NCBI GenBank assembly: GCA_963753395.1 | Contig: CAVWBW010000012.1 | Span: 516,513 to 580,512, forward strand | Direction: 5' to 3' | Source of the DNA: an uncultured delta proteobacterium | Lineage (GTDB): Bacteria > Myxococcota_A > Polyangia > Polyangiales > Houyiibacteriaceae | DNA length: 64,000 bases | Part shown: positions 1 through 12,312 of the stretch, one piece after another | Numbering within the stretch: position 1 is the first letter of the stretch | How the letters are laid out: each line of letters begins with the position of its first letter | The notes under the pieces: generated by a model | Told to the model about the DNA's origin: nothing | What the model saw: only the letters and a program-made list of their open reading frames with translations | Database searches by the model: none | Translations under genes and position numbers: made by a program

Positions 1-2005
1 CGATCAGCGTCAGCAGCAGCAGTGCTTGGAGCCATGCGGGGGTCCCATCGGAACTGGGCGCTGGGGCCAAGACGGTCGCTCCCTCGAGCGCGCGCGCTAG
101 CTCTGGCTCGTAGTCAGTGTCGTCCTCGTCGGCGTGGAACATCAGGTTCGGTACCTGCTTTCGGCTCTCTGGCGGTGGCGGTGGCGGAGTCGGCTTCCTC
201 GGGACAGGAACGGTCATCTGTTGCTCGAGCGCGTCTTCGGGCAGTGCTTCGAAGACCGGAGCAAGGCCGAGCTGGGTCGACTTCGCCGCGCGTGCGGCGC
301 CATGGTCGATGTGCGTGCCATTGTCGCTGTGTTCCTCGGCTGCGCCGGCGACCGGCACCGTGCGTCGGCGGGTCGTGACCCGTCCGAGCATGCGTTGCAC
401 CTTGTTGGTCGGAGCCTCTTCCGCAGGGAAACGCGACGAGGGCGGGCCGCCCACCGCAGTGCGAAGGTGGCGGAAGCGCGGCGGAGCCATGGTTTTCGCG
501 CCGTCGAGCTTAGCGGGAGGTTTCGCGCCGGGTGCGATGGTCGCATGCTCGGCGACCTCAGGCTCGACCGGCGGGACGGTCTCGGCGTTCACCTCGATGC
601 TGCTGTTGCTTCCATCGGCGAAGCCAAGTTGGTGCGACACGACGCCAAGCGCCTCGTCCACGGGCATCATGATGTTCGCGACCGACGGCAAGTCCTGCTC
701 GCGCACTGAGACGCGGCCGGAGTTGAGACCCCAGAGCGCCAGCAGTGCGGGCATGCCTTGCAAGGTCTGGGTCGTACCCTCCTGCAAGGTCGCGTAGGCG
801 CCTACGATCGAGTTGTCGGCGATGTCGATCTCGATGCCGCGCTTCTGGCCGGCCACGCTCACGTGTCGGACGCCCGGAACCGAACCAAGAGCGCGGAGAA
901 GGCGTCCCGGGCCGACGAGCTCGAGCCGGGTGTCGAAGTCGACCTCGTCCTCCACGCGCTGGCCCATCTCGAGGTCTTGGTCGATCAAAGGGCAGATACG
1001 GGATGCGAGCTGTGCGAGGTCCGGCCCTGCGCCTTCCGCCGAAGAAGGCCAGAAGTCTTCCCAGCGAACGACGAGCATCGAGGCCCATCGGAGCTGGGGG
1101 TCCTTGCGCATCGCGCGCACGAAATCGACGCCCTGACCGCCCACGGCGCTGGAGTCGAGGACCACGACCTGTGGATCGATCTCGCGGATGCGAGGAATCA
1201 CCGCGGTGGAGAAATCGGCCGCTGCGATTTGCACGCCGCGCTGCATCAGGACCTGCGCAAGCCTTTCTGCGCGAAGCTCATCCGAGTCGAGGATGACCAC
1301 ACGGGATCCTTGGAGTTGGCTGAGGTCGACCTCGTCTGCGTTCACCGCGCCAGGCAGGGTCGAGAGCCGGCCACCGCTCGTCTCGTGGAACTCGTACTCG
1401 AGGGGCTCGGAGTCCGACATCGCGTCGCGGAGGCGATCGAGGATCAGCTCCATGTTGTGCGCGCTCGGGTTCTCGGTCTCCACCACTATCGGCATGCCTT
1501 CAAGCACGCCCTTCGGCGACCGAATGCTCAGAATGCCGGTCTTGGTGTCGTTCGACACGAGGTCGACCACGTCTTGGAGGTTGTGCTCATTGAGCTCGCC
1601 GCTCTTCAGGCCGGGGCGCTGCGGAACCTCTTCGGCAAGTTCGCTGAGCCTTCGCGCGATTGCGTCTGCGCCCGATCCTCGAGGAACGATGGCGACGGCG
1701 CCGCTGCGGAACTCACCTCCGTCGTGCTTCATCACCGCCTCGTTCGAGACGACGGCAACGGGCAGAACGTCGGTGGCTCGATTGCCCGCCATTCTGCGCA
1801 CGACACTCGCGCCGCCACGCACGGCGGCGTCGCCGATCAACACGACCAAGTCCGGTGCATAGACGCGAACCGCTTTTTCGAGCTCAGCCGTTGCGCAACC
1901 AGCGACAGAAATGCCATGGCGCCGTAACGCCTCCCCCAACGCTGTCTGCATCGGCTCGCCCTGGCCCACCATCAAGATGGTCGGCCGGTGCTCCACTTCC
2001 GACAT
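1..2005 (-). CDS. Multi-domain signalling-type protein with two receiver-like modules, each followed by a DUF4388/PatA-N-like segment, and a Pro-rich tail; the 3' end runs off the left edge of the window
   Basis: Absent from the ORF track because it has no stop in the window. Hand translation of the minus strand from the ATG at 2005 gives MSEVEHRPTILMVGQGEPMQTALGEALRRHGISVAG... and stays open to position 1. An in-frame TAG lies 63 nt upstream of the ATG. The + ORF 758..1927 is its antisense shadow. LQDVVDLVSNDTKTGILSIRS and LVGPGRLLRALGSVPGVRHVSVAG...IADNSIVGAY look like DUF4388. ILMVGQ.../VVILDSD...VVVLDSS look receiver-like. Confidence 0.6.
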   Translation of the reverse strand, partial: MSEVEHRPTILMVGQGEPMQTALGEALRRHGISVAGCATAELEKAVRVYAPDLVVLIGDAAVRGGASVVRRMAGNRATDVLPVAVVSNEAVMKHDGGEFRSGAVAIVPRGSGADAIARRLSELAEEVPQRPGLKSGELNEHNLQDVVDLVSNDTKTGILSIRSPKGVLEGMPIVVETENPSAHNMELILDRLRDAMSDSEPLEYEFHETSGGRLSTLPGAVNADEVDLSQLQGSRVVILDSDELRAERLAQVLMQRGVQIAAADFSTAVIPRIREIDPQVVVLDSSAVGGQGVDFVRAMRKDPQLRWASMLVVRWEDFWPSSAEGAGPDLAQLASRICPLIDQDLEMGQRVEDEVDFDTRLELVGPGRLLRALGSVPGVRHVSVAGQKRGIEIDIADNSIVGAYATLQEGTTQTLQGMPALLALWGLNSGRVSVREQDLPSVANIMMPVDEALGVVSHQLGFADGSNSSIEVNAETVPPVEPEVAEHATIAPGAKPPAKLDGAKTMAPPRFRHLRTAVGGPPSSRFPAEEAPTNKVQRMLGRVTTRRRTVPVAGAAEEHSDNGTHIDHGAARAAKSTQLGLAPVFEALPEDALEQQMTVPVPRKPTPPPPPPESRKQVPNLMFHADEDDTDYEPELARALEGATVLAPAPSSDGTPAWLQALLLLTLI

Positions 2006-2081
2006 CGTTGAGATGGTGGCTGATTCTGCCGGATTCCGCCAGCTTGGTGCGTTCTCGGTTGTTGGCTATGCTCCGCGCCTC

Positions 2082-2717
2082 ATGAGCGTTCAACCAATTG
2101 AGTTCCTTCAAGATACATTTCCCCAGTTGTTCACCCGGGGGGTCGAGGTCCTGAGGACCCGCGCCGCCGGTGGAGATGAGCAGGCCCAGCGCATTCTGGA
2201 CGACGTGACCGCCGTCACGGGCGCAGCCAGCCTCCAGATCGACGAAAGCCCGCCCGTGGTTCTGTCGGCCGCAAAAGGCGCGATGAGCGCCGGAGAAGCT
2301 CCCGGGGACGGCGTTCCGGTCAAAATCGCGGCCGCGCTCCCGTCCGATGCAGTGGCGCTTCTTCTCGGCGAGGCGCTCAAAGCAGGGGCCCTCGAGAATG
2401 ACGAGGTGGCTGTGGGAGCTGCCCAAACCGCCTCGAAGCGCTTTGAGGACGCGCTCGCAGGCAGGCCCATGACCTGTCACGTCACGCTCCGCGGGGTCCC
2501 GGACCTGGGCGACGTCACGGTTCGCTTGGGCTTCAACGTCTCGGAGCCGCCCAGCGAGCCCGGTTTCACGACGGAGCTCCAATACGGGGACCTCGAGAGC
2601 GTGCAACGCGGGGAGCTCACGGCCCAGGAGCTGTTCCTGGGGGGCAAGCTCAAGATGGAGGGCGACTACTCACTCGCCCTTCAAATCGCGATGCAGCTTC
2701 TTACGAACCCCCTCTGA
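2082..2717 (+). CDS. SCP2 sterol-binding domain protein
   Basis: ORF 1911..2717. The internal ATG at 2082 ([17 protein letters not shown]) avoids overlap with the divergent gene. The C-terminus [29 protein letters not shown] is a typical SCP2 tail. Confidence 0.7.
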   Translation: MSVQPIEFLQDTFPQLFTRGVEVLRTRAAGGDEQAQRILDDVTAVTGAASLQIDESPPVVLSAAKGAMSAGEAPGDGVPVKIAAALPSDAVALLLGEALKAGALENDEVAVGAAQTASKRFEDALAGRPMTCHVTLRGVPDLGDVTVRLGFNVSEPPSEPGFTTELQYGDLESVQRGELTAQELFLGGKLKMEGDYSLALQIAMQLLTNPL

Positions 2718-2806
2718 ACGGACGATCCCCTTCGCGATCGATCTCGGGGTGGAACTTGCCCGGGACTCCCGCTGTTGGATACCCTGACCTTCGTCAACGG
2801 GGGGTC

Positions 2807-4339
2807 ATGTTTCGGGCAATTGCCAAGAGTCGCTATCTCGTTCCTGGCTTTTTGTGCTTCGCGCTCGCGTTCGTCGTCGGGCCGGTCGGCACAGCGTCGG
2901 GTCTTCTCGCGGGTGCTGAGGCAGCGGCCGTTGCTGGGGTTGCGGCAGCAGTGCTCGGCGTCCTCGGCTTGCTGATCATTGCATCCGGGCTCCCTCCGTC
3001 GATCGAGGTCGATGAGGTGGATGCCCAGATCCGCCGGATCTACGGAGAGGTCGAAAGCGTCGAGACTGCGATCGGCGACAACGTCCGTGCTCTCTCGAGC
3101 GGGCTCGGCGAGCAGATGGTGGCCGTCGAGGAGACCGCCCGCGCCCTCAAGTCGATGGCGATCTCGCTCCAGGCGATCAGCGACCGGGTCGAGGCGCTCT
3201 CCTCGAGCACTGAGGAGAGCTCTTCGAGCATCCTCCAGATGACGGCGACGAACCAAGAGGTCGCGGAAAACATGTCCAACCTCGGGTCGAGCGTTCGCGA
3301 GACGGCTTCGTCGATCGAGGAGATGACCTACAGCATCAAGGAGGTCGCGCGGAACGTCGATGCGTTGGCGCTGACCGCTGAAGAGACTTCGTCTTCGATG
3401 AATGAGATGGATGTGTCGATCGATCAGGTCCAGTCGAACGCAAACGAAACCGCACGGCTCTCCGAGGAGGTGGCGGCCGACGCGGAAACGGGCGCGGACT
3501 CGATTCTAAAGATCATCGACGAAATCAACCGTATCAAATCGTCGTCACTCGAGGCGGTGAGCACCATTTCGAACCTCGGTGATCGCATCGAAGCGATCGG
3601 CGACATCCTAAACGTCATCGACGACGTCGCGGAGCAGACCAATCTCCTCGCTCTGAACGCGGCCATCATCGCTGCGCAGGCTGGCGAGCACGGCAAGGGC
3701 TTTGCGGTCGTGGCCGACGAGATCAAGGACCTGGCCGAGCGGGCGGGTGCTTCGACCAAGGAGATCGCCGAGCTCATCAAGACGATTCAAGAAGAAACCA
3801 AGAACGCGATCGTCGCGGTCGAGCGGGGCGCCAGCACGGTTGACCGCGGTGTGACGGTGTCAGCCGAAGCGGAGCACGCGCTCAAGAAGATCCTAGCGTC
3901 CTCGAAGCAGTCGACCGCTATGGTGCGCGGCATCGCGCGTGCAACCGTCGAGCAGGCGAAGGGATCGCGGCAGGTGACCGACGCGATCGGGCGCATCGCG
4001 GAAACCGTACAGCAGATTGCGGCGGCGACTGCCGAGCAGGCACGCGGCTCGGAGCTCATCATGAAGAGCGCAGACAACATGCGGCTCATTACGCAGCAGA
4101 TGGAGCGCAGCAGCCAGGAGCAAGCCGAAGGCGGACGCCAGATGACGGGAGCGATCGAAAGCATCTCGGACATGGTGCATCAGCTGCACGGGTCGCACCG
4201 CAAGCACTCCGAGAGCTCGGAGCAGACCCTGGCGGCAGCCAACCGCATCCAGCAGTTGACGCGCGAATACGAGCGCAGGGTGAGGGCGATGAACGAGGCT
4301 GTCGAGCGCTTGCGCGCTCTGCGATCTACGGGTTCGTAG
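2807..4339 (+). CDS. Methyl-accepting chemotaxis protein
   Basis: ORF 2756..4339. It has an N-terminal TM region (alternative start at 2756). The highly conserved MCP signalling hairpin is present: [49 protein letters not shown]. Confidence 0.85.
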   Translation: MFRAIAKSRYLVPGFLCFALAFVVGPVGTASGLLAGAEAAAVAGVAAAVLGVLGLLIIASGLPPSIEVDEVDAQIRRIYGEVESVETAIGDNVRALSSGLGEQMVAVEETARALKSMAISLQAISDRVEALSSSTEESSSSILQMTATNQEVAENMSNLGSSVRETASSIEEMTYSIKEVARNVDALALTAEETSSSMNEMDVSIDQVQSNANETARLSEEVAADAETGADSILKIIDEINRIKSSSLEAVSTISNLGDRIEAIGDILNVIDDVAEQTNLLALNAAIIAAQAGEHGKGFAVVADEIKDLAERAGASTKEIAELIKTIQEETKNAIVAVERGASTVDRGVTVSAEAEHALKKILASSKQSTAMVRGIARATVEQAKGSRQVTDAIGRIAETVQQIAAATAEQARGSELIMKSADNMRLITQQMERSSQEQAEGGRQMTGAIESISDMVHQLHGSHRKHSESSEQTLAAANRIQQLTREYERRVRAMNEAVERLRALRSTGS

Positions 4340-4429
4340 GCGCCCCGTGAGCGCCCTCTGCGGGTCTTCCGGCGTCGGAGGTGCTTGCCGGTTGGCCTCC
4401 GTGACAGGCACGATTCATGGTAGGAGCGC

Positions 4430-4825
4430 ATGTTCGGAATCGGACCCACTGAGCTAGCTTTTTTCCTCGTCATCGTTCTCCTGGCGGTGGGCCCGGATCG
4501 CTTGCCCACGTTCATGCGGACCGTGGGGAAAGGCGTGCGCCAGGTTCGAAACGCCAGCCGCGAGTTCAAAGACGCGATCGGGCTCGACGAGCTGATGCGC
4601 GAGGGCGATCCTTTCCGCTCGCCGCCAGTCCGCCCACCACGAGCCCGCCCGGTGCCGGTGCAGGAAAAGCAAGAGCAGGACCCGAAAGCTCCGGACACGA
4701 AGACGACTCCTCCGCCCACACCTGAAGCGGCGAAGGTCGCGGGCGAGGGGACGCCCGCTACCGAGGCCGATGAAGCGCAGTCCGCGGCGGAGACGGACAC
4801 CTCCGCCGAAGCAAAGCATCAATGA
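4430..4825 (+). CDS. tatB: Twin-arginine translocase subunit, TatA/B family, TatB-like
   Basis: MFGIGPTELAFFLVIVLLAVGPDRLPTFMRTVGKGVRQVRNASREFK has the TM helix, GPxRLP hinge and amphipathic helix of TatB. The tail is acidic and Pro-rich. The SD sequence GGAG lies upstream of the ATG. The stop overlaps the tatC start (ATGA). Confidence 0.7.
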   Translation: MFGIGPTELAFFLVIVLLAVGPDRLPTFMRTVGKGVRQVRNASREFKDAIGLDELMREGDPFRSPPVRPPRARPVPVQEKQEQDPKAPDTKTTPPPTPEAAKVAGEGTPATEADEAQSAAETDTSAEAKHQ

Positions 4826-5622
4826 CCTCGGATCCAACCGAGCTTCCGGCGCCCGAGCCCTCACGGATTCCTGAGCAAGATCAGGAGATGACGTTCTTCG
4901 AGCATCTCAACGAGCTCCGGCGCCGCCTGCTGCGTGCGCTCCTCGGCTTGGTCCCCGCCGTCGCAGTGGGCTGGATCTTCAAGAAGGAGATCAAAGACTT
5001 CCTCGTCGCACCGCTTCAGCCGGCGTGGGAGCGCTTGAACCTGCCTGGCGAAGCCGTACTTCGGTTCGCCGGCCCGGCGGACGCGTTCATGATGTACATG
5101 AAGAACTCACTCATCGCGGGCGTCTTGCTCGCGTCGCCTTGGATCTTCTGGCAGCTCTGGATATTCATCGCGCCGGGCCTCTACAAGAAGGAGAAGGCGC
5201 TCGCGATCCCGTTCATCTTCTTTTCGACCTTGTGTTTCGCCGGCGGCGCCATCTTTGGGTACAAGCTCGTCTTTCCGGAAGCATTCACCGTCTTGCTCGG
5301 GTTTAGCGACGAAACGCTAGTCGCCACGCTCTTCGTGAAGGACTACATGCCGTTCTTCCGGAGGATGCTTCTCGCATTCGGCATCGTGTTCGAAGTGCCG
5401 GTGATCGTGACGTTTCTCGCGGGCGCCGGGATCGTCACTTGGCAACAACTCCTCAGGTTCTCGCGATGGTGGATCGTGTGCGCGGCGTTCATCTCGATGC
5501 TGCTTACCCCGCAGGACGTCTACACCATGATCATGATGCTGATCCCGCTCGTAGTTCTCTACTTCGTCGGCGTCTTCTTCGCCTACCTGATCAGCGTCTT
5601 CGGGAAAAAGTCGGACGTCTAG
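4822..5622 (+). CDS. tatC: Twin-arginine translocase subunit TatC
   Basis: MTFFEHLNELRRRLLRALL, six predicted TM segments and a length of 266 aa. It is translationally coupled to tatB. Confidence 0.9.
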   Translation: MTSDPTELPAPEPSRIPEQDQEMTFFEHLNELRRRLLRALLGLVPAVAVGWIFKKEIKDFLVAPLQPAWERLNLPGEAVLRFAGPADAFMMYMKNSLIAGVLLASPWIFWQLWIFIAPGLYKKEKALAIPFIFFSTLCFAGGAIFGYKLVFPEAFTVLLGFSDETLVATLFVKDYMPFFRRMLLAFGIVFEVPVIVTFLAGAGIVTWQQLLRFSRWWIVCAAFISMLLTPQDVYTMIMMLIPLVVLYFVGVFFAYLISVFGKKSDV

Positions 5623-6449
5623 CCGCGTTCGGGCACGGGGTAGGGCGGGTACTTCGGCAGATCCTCCGGGAGGAACCACTGCTCGCCCCAGATGCTGGCG
5701 CCGCCGTCTATGTAAAAGGTCTGACCGGCGATGAAGTCGGCGTATCGCGAGGCGAGATACGTGATCAGGTGCGAAACTTCCTCAGCTGTACCAAGCCGCT
5801 TGAGCGGGTTGCTCTTCTCGGCGTTGTCGAGCAGCTCGGGTGGGTACTGCTTCGTGCCGCTGGTCACGATCACTCCGGGCGCCACCGCGTTGACGCGAAT
5901 TCCGTGCAGGGCCCACTCGACGGCGAGCGTCTTGGTCATGTTGTCGACTCCCGCACGGGCCGCGCCAGTGTGCACCATTCCAGGGAACCCTCGGATGATC
6001 TGCGCGATCACGTTGACGATGCGACCACGCTTCTGTGGGATCATTGCCTTGGTCGCGACCGCGTGGGTCATGCTCCAGGTGCCGACCAGGTTGTTGCGAA
6101 CCACAGCAGCAAAGCCCTTGGGTGACAGCGCCTCGGCTGTCGTAGGAAACTGCCCGCCCGCGTTGTTGATCAGGACGTCGATGCGTCCGAACCGCTCGAG
6201 CACCGAGTCGACGAAGATAGCGATCGCGTCTGGTTCCCGGATGTCGCAGGGTGCGCCAAACGCTTCGACGCCCTTCGCCTCGAGCTCCGCGACCGCTGCT
6301 TTCAATGGGTCGGGGCGTCTCCCACAGATCGCGACCTTCGCTCCGAGCAGGCCCATCTCGGTCGCGGAGACGAGGCCGATCCCGGTTCCGCCGCCCGTGA
6401 TCAGAACTACTTCGTCCTTGAACAACCCATCGGCAAACAGCTGATCCAT
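5619..6449 (-). CDS. SDR-family oxidoreductase (dienoyl-/enoyl-CoA reductase-like)
   Basis: Has the TGGGTGIG dinucleotide-binding motif and NNAG. The length (276 aa) and overall pattern fit DECR/PECR-like SDRs. Confidence 0.85.
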   Translation of the reverse strand: MDQLFADGLFKDEVVLITGGGTGIGLVSATEMGLLGAKVAICGRRPDPLKAAVAELEAKGVEAFGAPCDIREPDAIAIFVDSVLERFGRIDVLINNAGGQFPTTAEALSPKGFAAVVRNNLVGTWSMTHAVATKAMIPQKRGRIVNVIAQIIRGFPGMVHTGAARAGVDNMTKTLAVEWALHGIRVNAVAPGVIVTSGTKQYPPELLDNAEKSNPLKRLGTAEEVSHLITYLASRYADFIAGQTFYIDGGASIWGEQWFLPEDLPKYPPYPVPERG

Positions 6450-6491
6450 CGGCCGCTCATACCATGAGATCCGTGTTTGGACGATGCGCGC

Positions 6492-6881
6492 TCAGCTCAC
6501 CGCAACGCTGCTTTGCTCCGCAACGAGGCGCGCAACCAGCTCGCGCAAATCTTCCGCGAAGAAGGGCTTCGGCAGCGTGGCCTCTACGTTCAGACGTCGC
6601 GCTATTTCGTTGCGGGCGCTGCTGGCGCTGAGAAGGATCACGGGCACATCTTCATGCCGCCATCGTCGGCGAAACTCGCGCAGGAACATCTCGCCATCCT
6701 CGATGGGCAGCATGAGGTCGACGACCATCAGGTCGGGAAGCTGAACCTTGCACTGCGCGAGGGCTGACTGGACGTCTCCCGCCGCGATGACGGTGTGGCC
6801 GTCTTGTTCGAGCAAGACTTGCAGCATGTGACGAAGCGAAGGGTCGTCGTCGAGAACGAGAATCGTCTTCTTGAGGGTCAC
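6492..6881 (-). CDS. Stand-alone response regulator receiver (CheY-like)
   Basis: KTILVLDDDPSLRHMLQVLLEQDGHTVIAAGD...LPDLMVVDLMLPIEDG. At 129 aa it has no output domain. Confidence 0.85.
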   Translation of the reverse strand: MTLKKTILVLDDDPSLRHMLQVLLEQDGHTVIAAGDVQSALAQCKVQLPDLMVVDLMLPIEDGEMFLREFRRRWRHEDVPVILLSASSARNEIARRLNVEATLPKPFFAEDLRELVARLVAEQSSVAVS

Positions 6882-6959
6882 ACTCGCATCGTAACAGGAT
6901 GAGCGAGCTTCGCGAATATGCGCCGCCCGCCTACATCAGAGCTGCTACCCTCACCTGGT

Positions 6960-7556
6960 ATGTCTTTTCGCGCGTGCACCGCCGTTTGGATGGCGGCGTT
7001 GTCGTTTTGCCCGCTAGCAGGCTGCACGGCTAGCAGCGCCCCGGCGCCGACGCGTGCGACGCTCGGTCCGCTCGATTTCTATCCGCTGCGCGCAGGCAAC
7101 GCATGGTCCTACGACGTCGACACCGGCGAGCCAGCGACCACCCTTGCCATCACGCGCGTCGAAGCCTTCGATGGAAGTGTCGCCGAAGTGCGCACCGCGA
7201 AAGCGATCGTTCGCTACGAAGTGCTTCCCGATGGCATTCGCGTTCCTCCGGCCGACGCGTGGTTGATCCGCATGCCGCTTCGTCCCGGTGCCACTTGGCC
7301 TGCGCCGGGCGGCCGCACGGCGGAGCTCGTTTCCGCGGACGCCGTTGTAGAGACCCCCGCCGGCAGCTTCGACGGCTGCGCCGAGGTGCGGGAGGTAGGA
7401 GGGAAGCTCGAGCTCGAGGTGCGAACAGTCTATTGCCCAGGCGTCGGCCCGGTCTCCGTCACGTCGACCATGCGTTCGAGTGTGAGCGAGCGGACCCTCA
7501 CTGTGTCCGCGCGCCTCCGTGGCTACAGCGTCAGTCCTTGGCCTTCCGACCCGTAG
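6960..7556 (+). CDS. Hypothetical lipoprotein
   Basis: ORF 6918..7556. From the ATG at 6960 it reads MSFRACTAVWMAALSFCPLAGC, a signal peptide plus an LAGC lipobox. I recognise no other family. Confidence 0.5.
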   Translation: MSFRACTAVWMAALSFCPLAGCTASSAPAPTRATLGPLDFYPLRAGNAWSYDVDTGEPATTLAITRVEAFDGSVAEVRTAKAIVRYEVLPDGIRVPPADAWLIRMPLRPGATWPAPGGRTAELVSADAVVETPAGSFDGCAEVREVGGKLELEVRTVYCPGVGPVSVTSTMRSSVSERTLTVSARLRGYSVSPWPSDP

Positions 7557-7953
7557 GCTCGACTTCGACTTCCACGAAGTAGGTGCGGAGCTCGACGACG
7601 AGTGAGATCGATCCGTCCGCTAGGAACACCTGACGCCAACTCCGGCCCTCAGCGTCGTCGACCTCGAGCAAATGACGGGTCCCTCGGGAGACCCCGAATC
7701 GGGTGTTGTCGATTCTGTGCCCGTCGAGCAAGACCTCCGCTTCAGGCGGCACTCCGAGCAGCTCGACCGTCGCTACTCCGCCTTGCCCTCTGTCGTCTGC
7801 GCTTCGGTTCGACGGAAGCCCCTTGTCGAGCAGCGCCCACACGATGGCCACCAGCACCGTGGCGACGGCGAGCGCCATCATCCAGCGGCTGTCGAGCACG
7901 CGAGCTACCGCTTGCAAGGGTTTCGGGTCTTCATCTTTGTGTGGATGGGACAT
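7531..7953 (-). CDS. Membrane-anchored hypothetical protein, PEGA-like C-terminal domain
   Basis: ORF 7531..8049. The likely start is MSHPHKDED at 7953. It has the TM helix WMMALAVATVLVAIVWALL. VELLGVPPEAEVLLDGHRIDNTRFGVSRGTRHLLEV resembles a PEGA domain. Confidence 0.45.
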   Translation of the reverse strand: MSHPHKDEDPKPLQAVARVLDSRWMMALAVATVLVAIVWALLDKGLPSNRSADDRGQGGVATVELLGVPPEAEVLLDGHRIDNTRFGVSRGTRHLLEVDDAEGRSWRQVFLADGSISLVVELRTYFVEVEVEPTGRKAKD

Positions 7954-8014
7954 CGGGCGTTGCCATTGTAGGATGTCTCTGCATGTTTCGTCACGTTCCG
8001 GGGGCCCTATCGCG

Positions 8015-8938
8015 ATGACGACGGCAATTCTCGAAGCCCGAGGGCTCACGAAACTCTACGACGGCCGGGCCGTCGTCGACCAGCTCGACCTCACCTGCAA
8101 GAAGGGGAGTGTGCTAGGGCTGTTGGGCGCGAACGGCGCCGGAAAGACCACGACGCTTCGCATGCTCTACGGGTTCGTCCCCCCTGACGCCGGTGCGATT
8201 TACTACGACGGCAAACGCTTCGACGAGCACCGTACCGAGGTCAAACGCAGCGTCGGTGTGTGCACGCAAGACGATTCGCTCGAGTACGACCTGACGGTCG
8301 AGCAGAACCTCTTCGTCTATGCGAGCTACTTCCGCCCACGAGTTCAGAGTCTCCGCGGTCGAGTTGCCGAGCTTCTCGACCGGTTCGGGCTCACCCCCTA
8401 CGCGGATCAGTCGCCGCAGGTGCTGTCCGGCGGTTTCGTTCGGCGATTGCTCATCGCGCGATCGATCGTGCACGGCCCGAGCATCCTCTTTCTCGACGAA
8501 CCCACGACCGGCCTCGATCCGAGCGCTCGCCTCGACGTATGGGAGCTGATCGATGGGTTGAGAGCAGAGGGTTTGGCCATCGTGTTGACGACACACTACA
8601 TGGACGAAGCCGAGCGCCTCAGCGACGAGCTCCTGGTCATTCACGAAGGACGAGGGGTCGCGAGGGGCGAGCCTCACCGCGTGATCGACGCCGTCCTCGG
8701 AGATCACGTCGTGATCGTTCCGAGGAGTGAGCCGGCCCGCGAAGAAATAGGAGCGTGGTTGCGAGAGCGCGGCGCGCACGAGGTCGCGACGGTCCTCGGT
8801 GAGCTCCGCGTGCCGGTCAGCAAGGAAGATCTCGCTGCACTGACCGCCCGCTTCGCAGAGGCGACTTGGCAGGTGAGACCACCCAACCTCGATGACTTGT
8901 TCATCGCTCTGGCACGCCGGAACGGACGCTTCGAATGA
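8015..8938 (+). CDS. ABC transporter ATP-binding protein (ABC-2/DrrA/NodI-like exporter)
   Basis: ORF 7703..8938. The real start is MTTAILEARGLTKLYDG at 8015. It has Walker A GANGAGKTT, the signature LSGGFVRRL and Walker B ILFLDEPTTGLD. Confidence 0.9.
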   Translation: MTTAILEARGLTKLYDGRAVVDQLDLTCKKGSVLGLLGANGAGKTTTLRMLYGFVPPDAGAIYYDGKRFDEHRTEVKRSVGVCTQDDSLEYDLTVEQNLFVYASYFRPRVQSLRGRVAELLDRFGLTPYADQSPQVLSGGFVRRLLIARSIVHGPSILFLDEPTTGLDPSARLDVWELIDGLRAEGLAIVLTTHYMDEAERLSDELLVIHEGRGVARGEPHRVIDAVLGDHVVIVPRSEPAREEIGAWLRERGAHEVATVLGELRVPVSKEDLAALTARFAEATWQVRPPNLDDLFIALARRNGRFE

Positions 8939-9753
8939 GTGCGTTCGGGTCACTTGCCGCAGCCGCAGATTGGCGCTCGTGGGCCGTCTTTCGCAGGAAT
9001 ACGTTGGTCTTCGCGAGGCATTGGCGAACCGCCGTGATCCCGCCTGCGATGGAGCCGGTCATCTTTTTCCTGGCCTTCGGCCTTGGCTTCAGCGGCTTCA
9101 TCGACGACTTCTCGTACCGCGGGGTCGACATCAACTACGCGACCTATGTTGCCGCTGGCCTGATCGCGTACACGGGCTTTGGAACGCCGTACTACGAGGC
9201 TTTGTACTCGGCTTATTTCCGGATGTTCTACCAGAAGACCTGGGACGGCATCCTCGCGACTCAGGTCGAGCTTCCACACGTCGTTTGGGGTGAGATCCTA
9301 TGGGCGGCCGTTCGCGGCATGGCCAACATCTCGATCGTCTCGATGACCCTCGCTGTGTTCGACGCGCTGGGCTTGGTCGATGTCCGACCTCAGTTTCTCT
9401 TGCTGATGCCCTTCCTCGGATTCATCGCGGGCTGCGCATTCGCCTCGTTCGCCTTGATCTTCACCGCGATCGTTCCTGCGATCGATCACATGAACTATCC
9501 GGTGTTTCTGATCGGTTGGCCGCTCAGCCTCGTGAGCAACACGTTCTTCCCAGTCGAGCCGGAGAGCCAAGTGCTCGTTGCGCTGATGCAGCTCAATCCG
9601 GTCTACCAAATGGCCGAGTGCGCACGCGGCCTGTTGGTGCTGGGGGACCCCGGGCCGCACCTCCTCGGGCTCGTCGGGGCGAGCCTCCTCTGGCTCGTCC
9701 CGAGCACACTCTTAGCGGTCCGATTGACCCGCCGGCGAGTCCTCGGTCATTGA
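8935..9753 (+). CDS. ABC-2 type transporter permease
   Basis: Overlaps the ATPase gene through ATGA. Six hydrophobic segments, 272 aa, with an ABC-2/NodJ-like layout. Confidence 0.8.
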   Translation: MSAFGSLAAAADWRSWAVFRRNTLVFARHWRTAVIPPAMEPVIFFLAFGLGFSGFIDDFSYRGVDINYATYVAAGLIAYTGFGTPYYEALYSAYFRMFYQKTWDGILATQVELPHVVWGEILWAAVRGMANISIVSMTLAVFDALGLVDVRPQFLLLMPFLGFIAGCAFASFALIFTAIVPAIDHMNYPVFLIGWPLSLVSNTFFPVEPESQVLVALMQLNPVYQMAECARGLLVLGDPGPHLLGLVGASLLWLVPSTLLAVRLTRRRVLGH

Positions 9754-9796
9754 GCGCCGGCGACCCGGAAAATTTGCTTTCAGATCAAAGGGTTAG

Positions 9797-12310
<2,514 letters not shown>

Positions 12311-12312
12311 GC

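Noticed and set aside
758-1927. 389-aa + strand ORF (plus overlapping ORFs 117..797, 745..1296 and 1188..1862)
   Set aside because: Its composition (runs of D/E/H/V/L/R, no motifs) is typical of an antisense shadow. The minus strand carries a continuous, protein-like frame from 2005 to the window edge.
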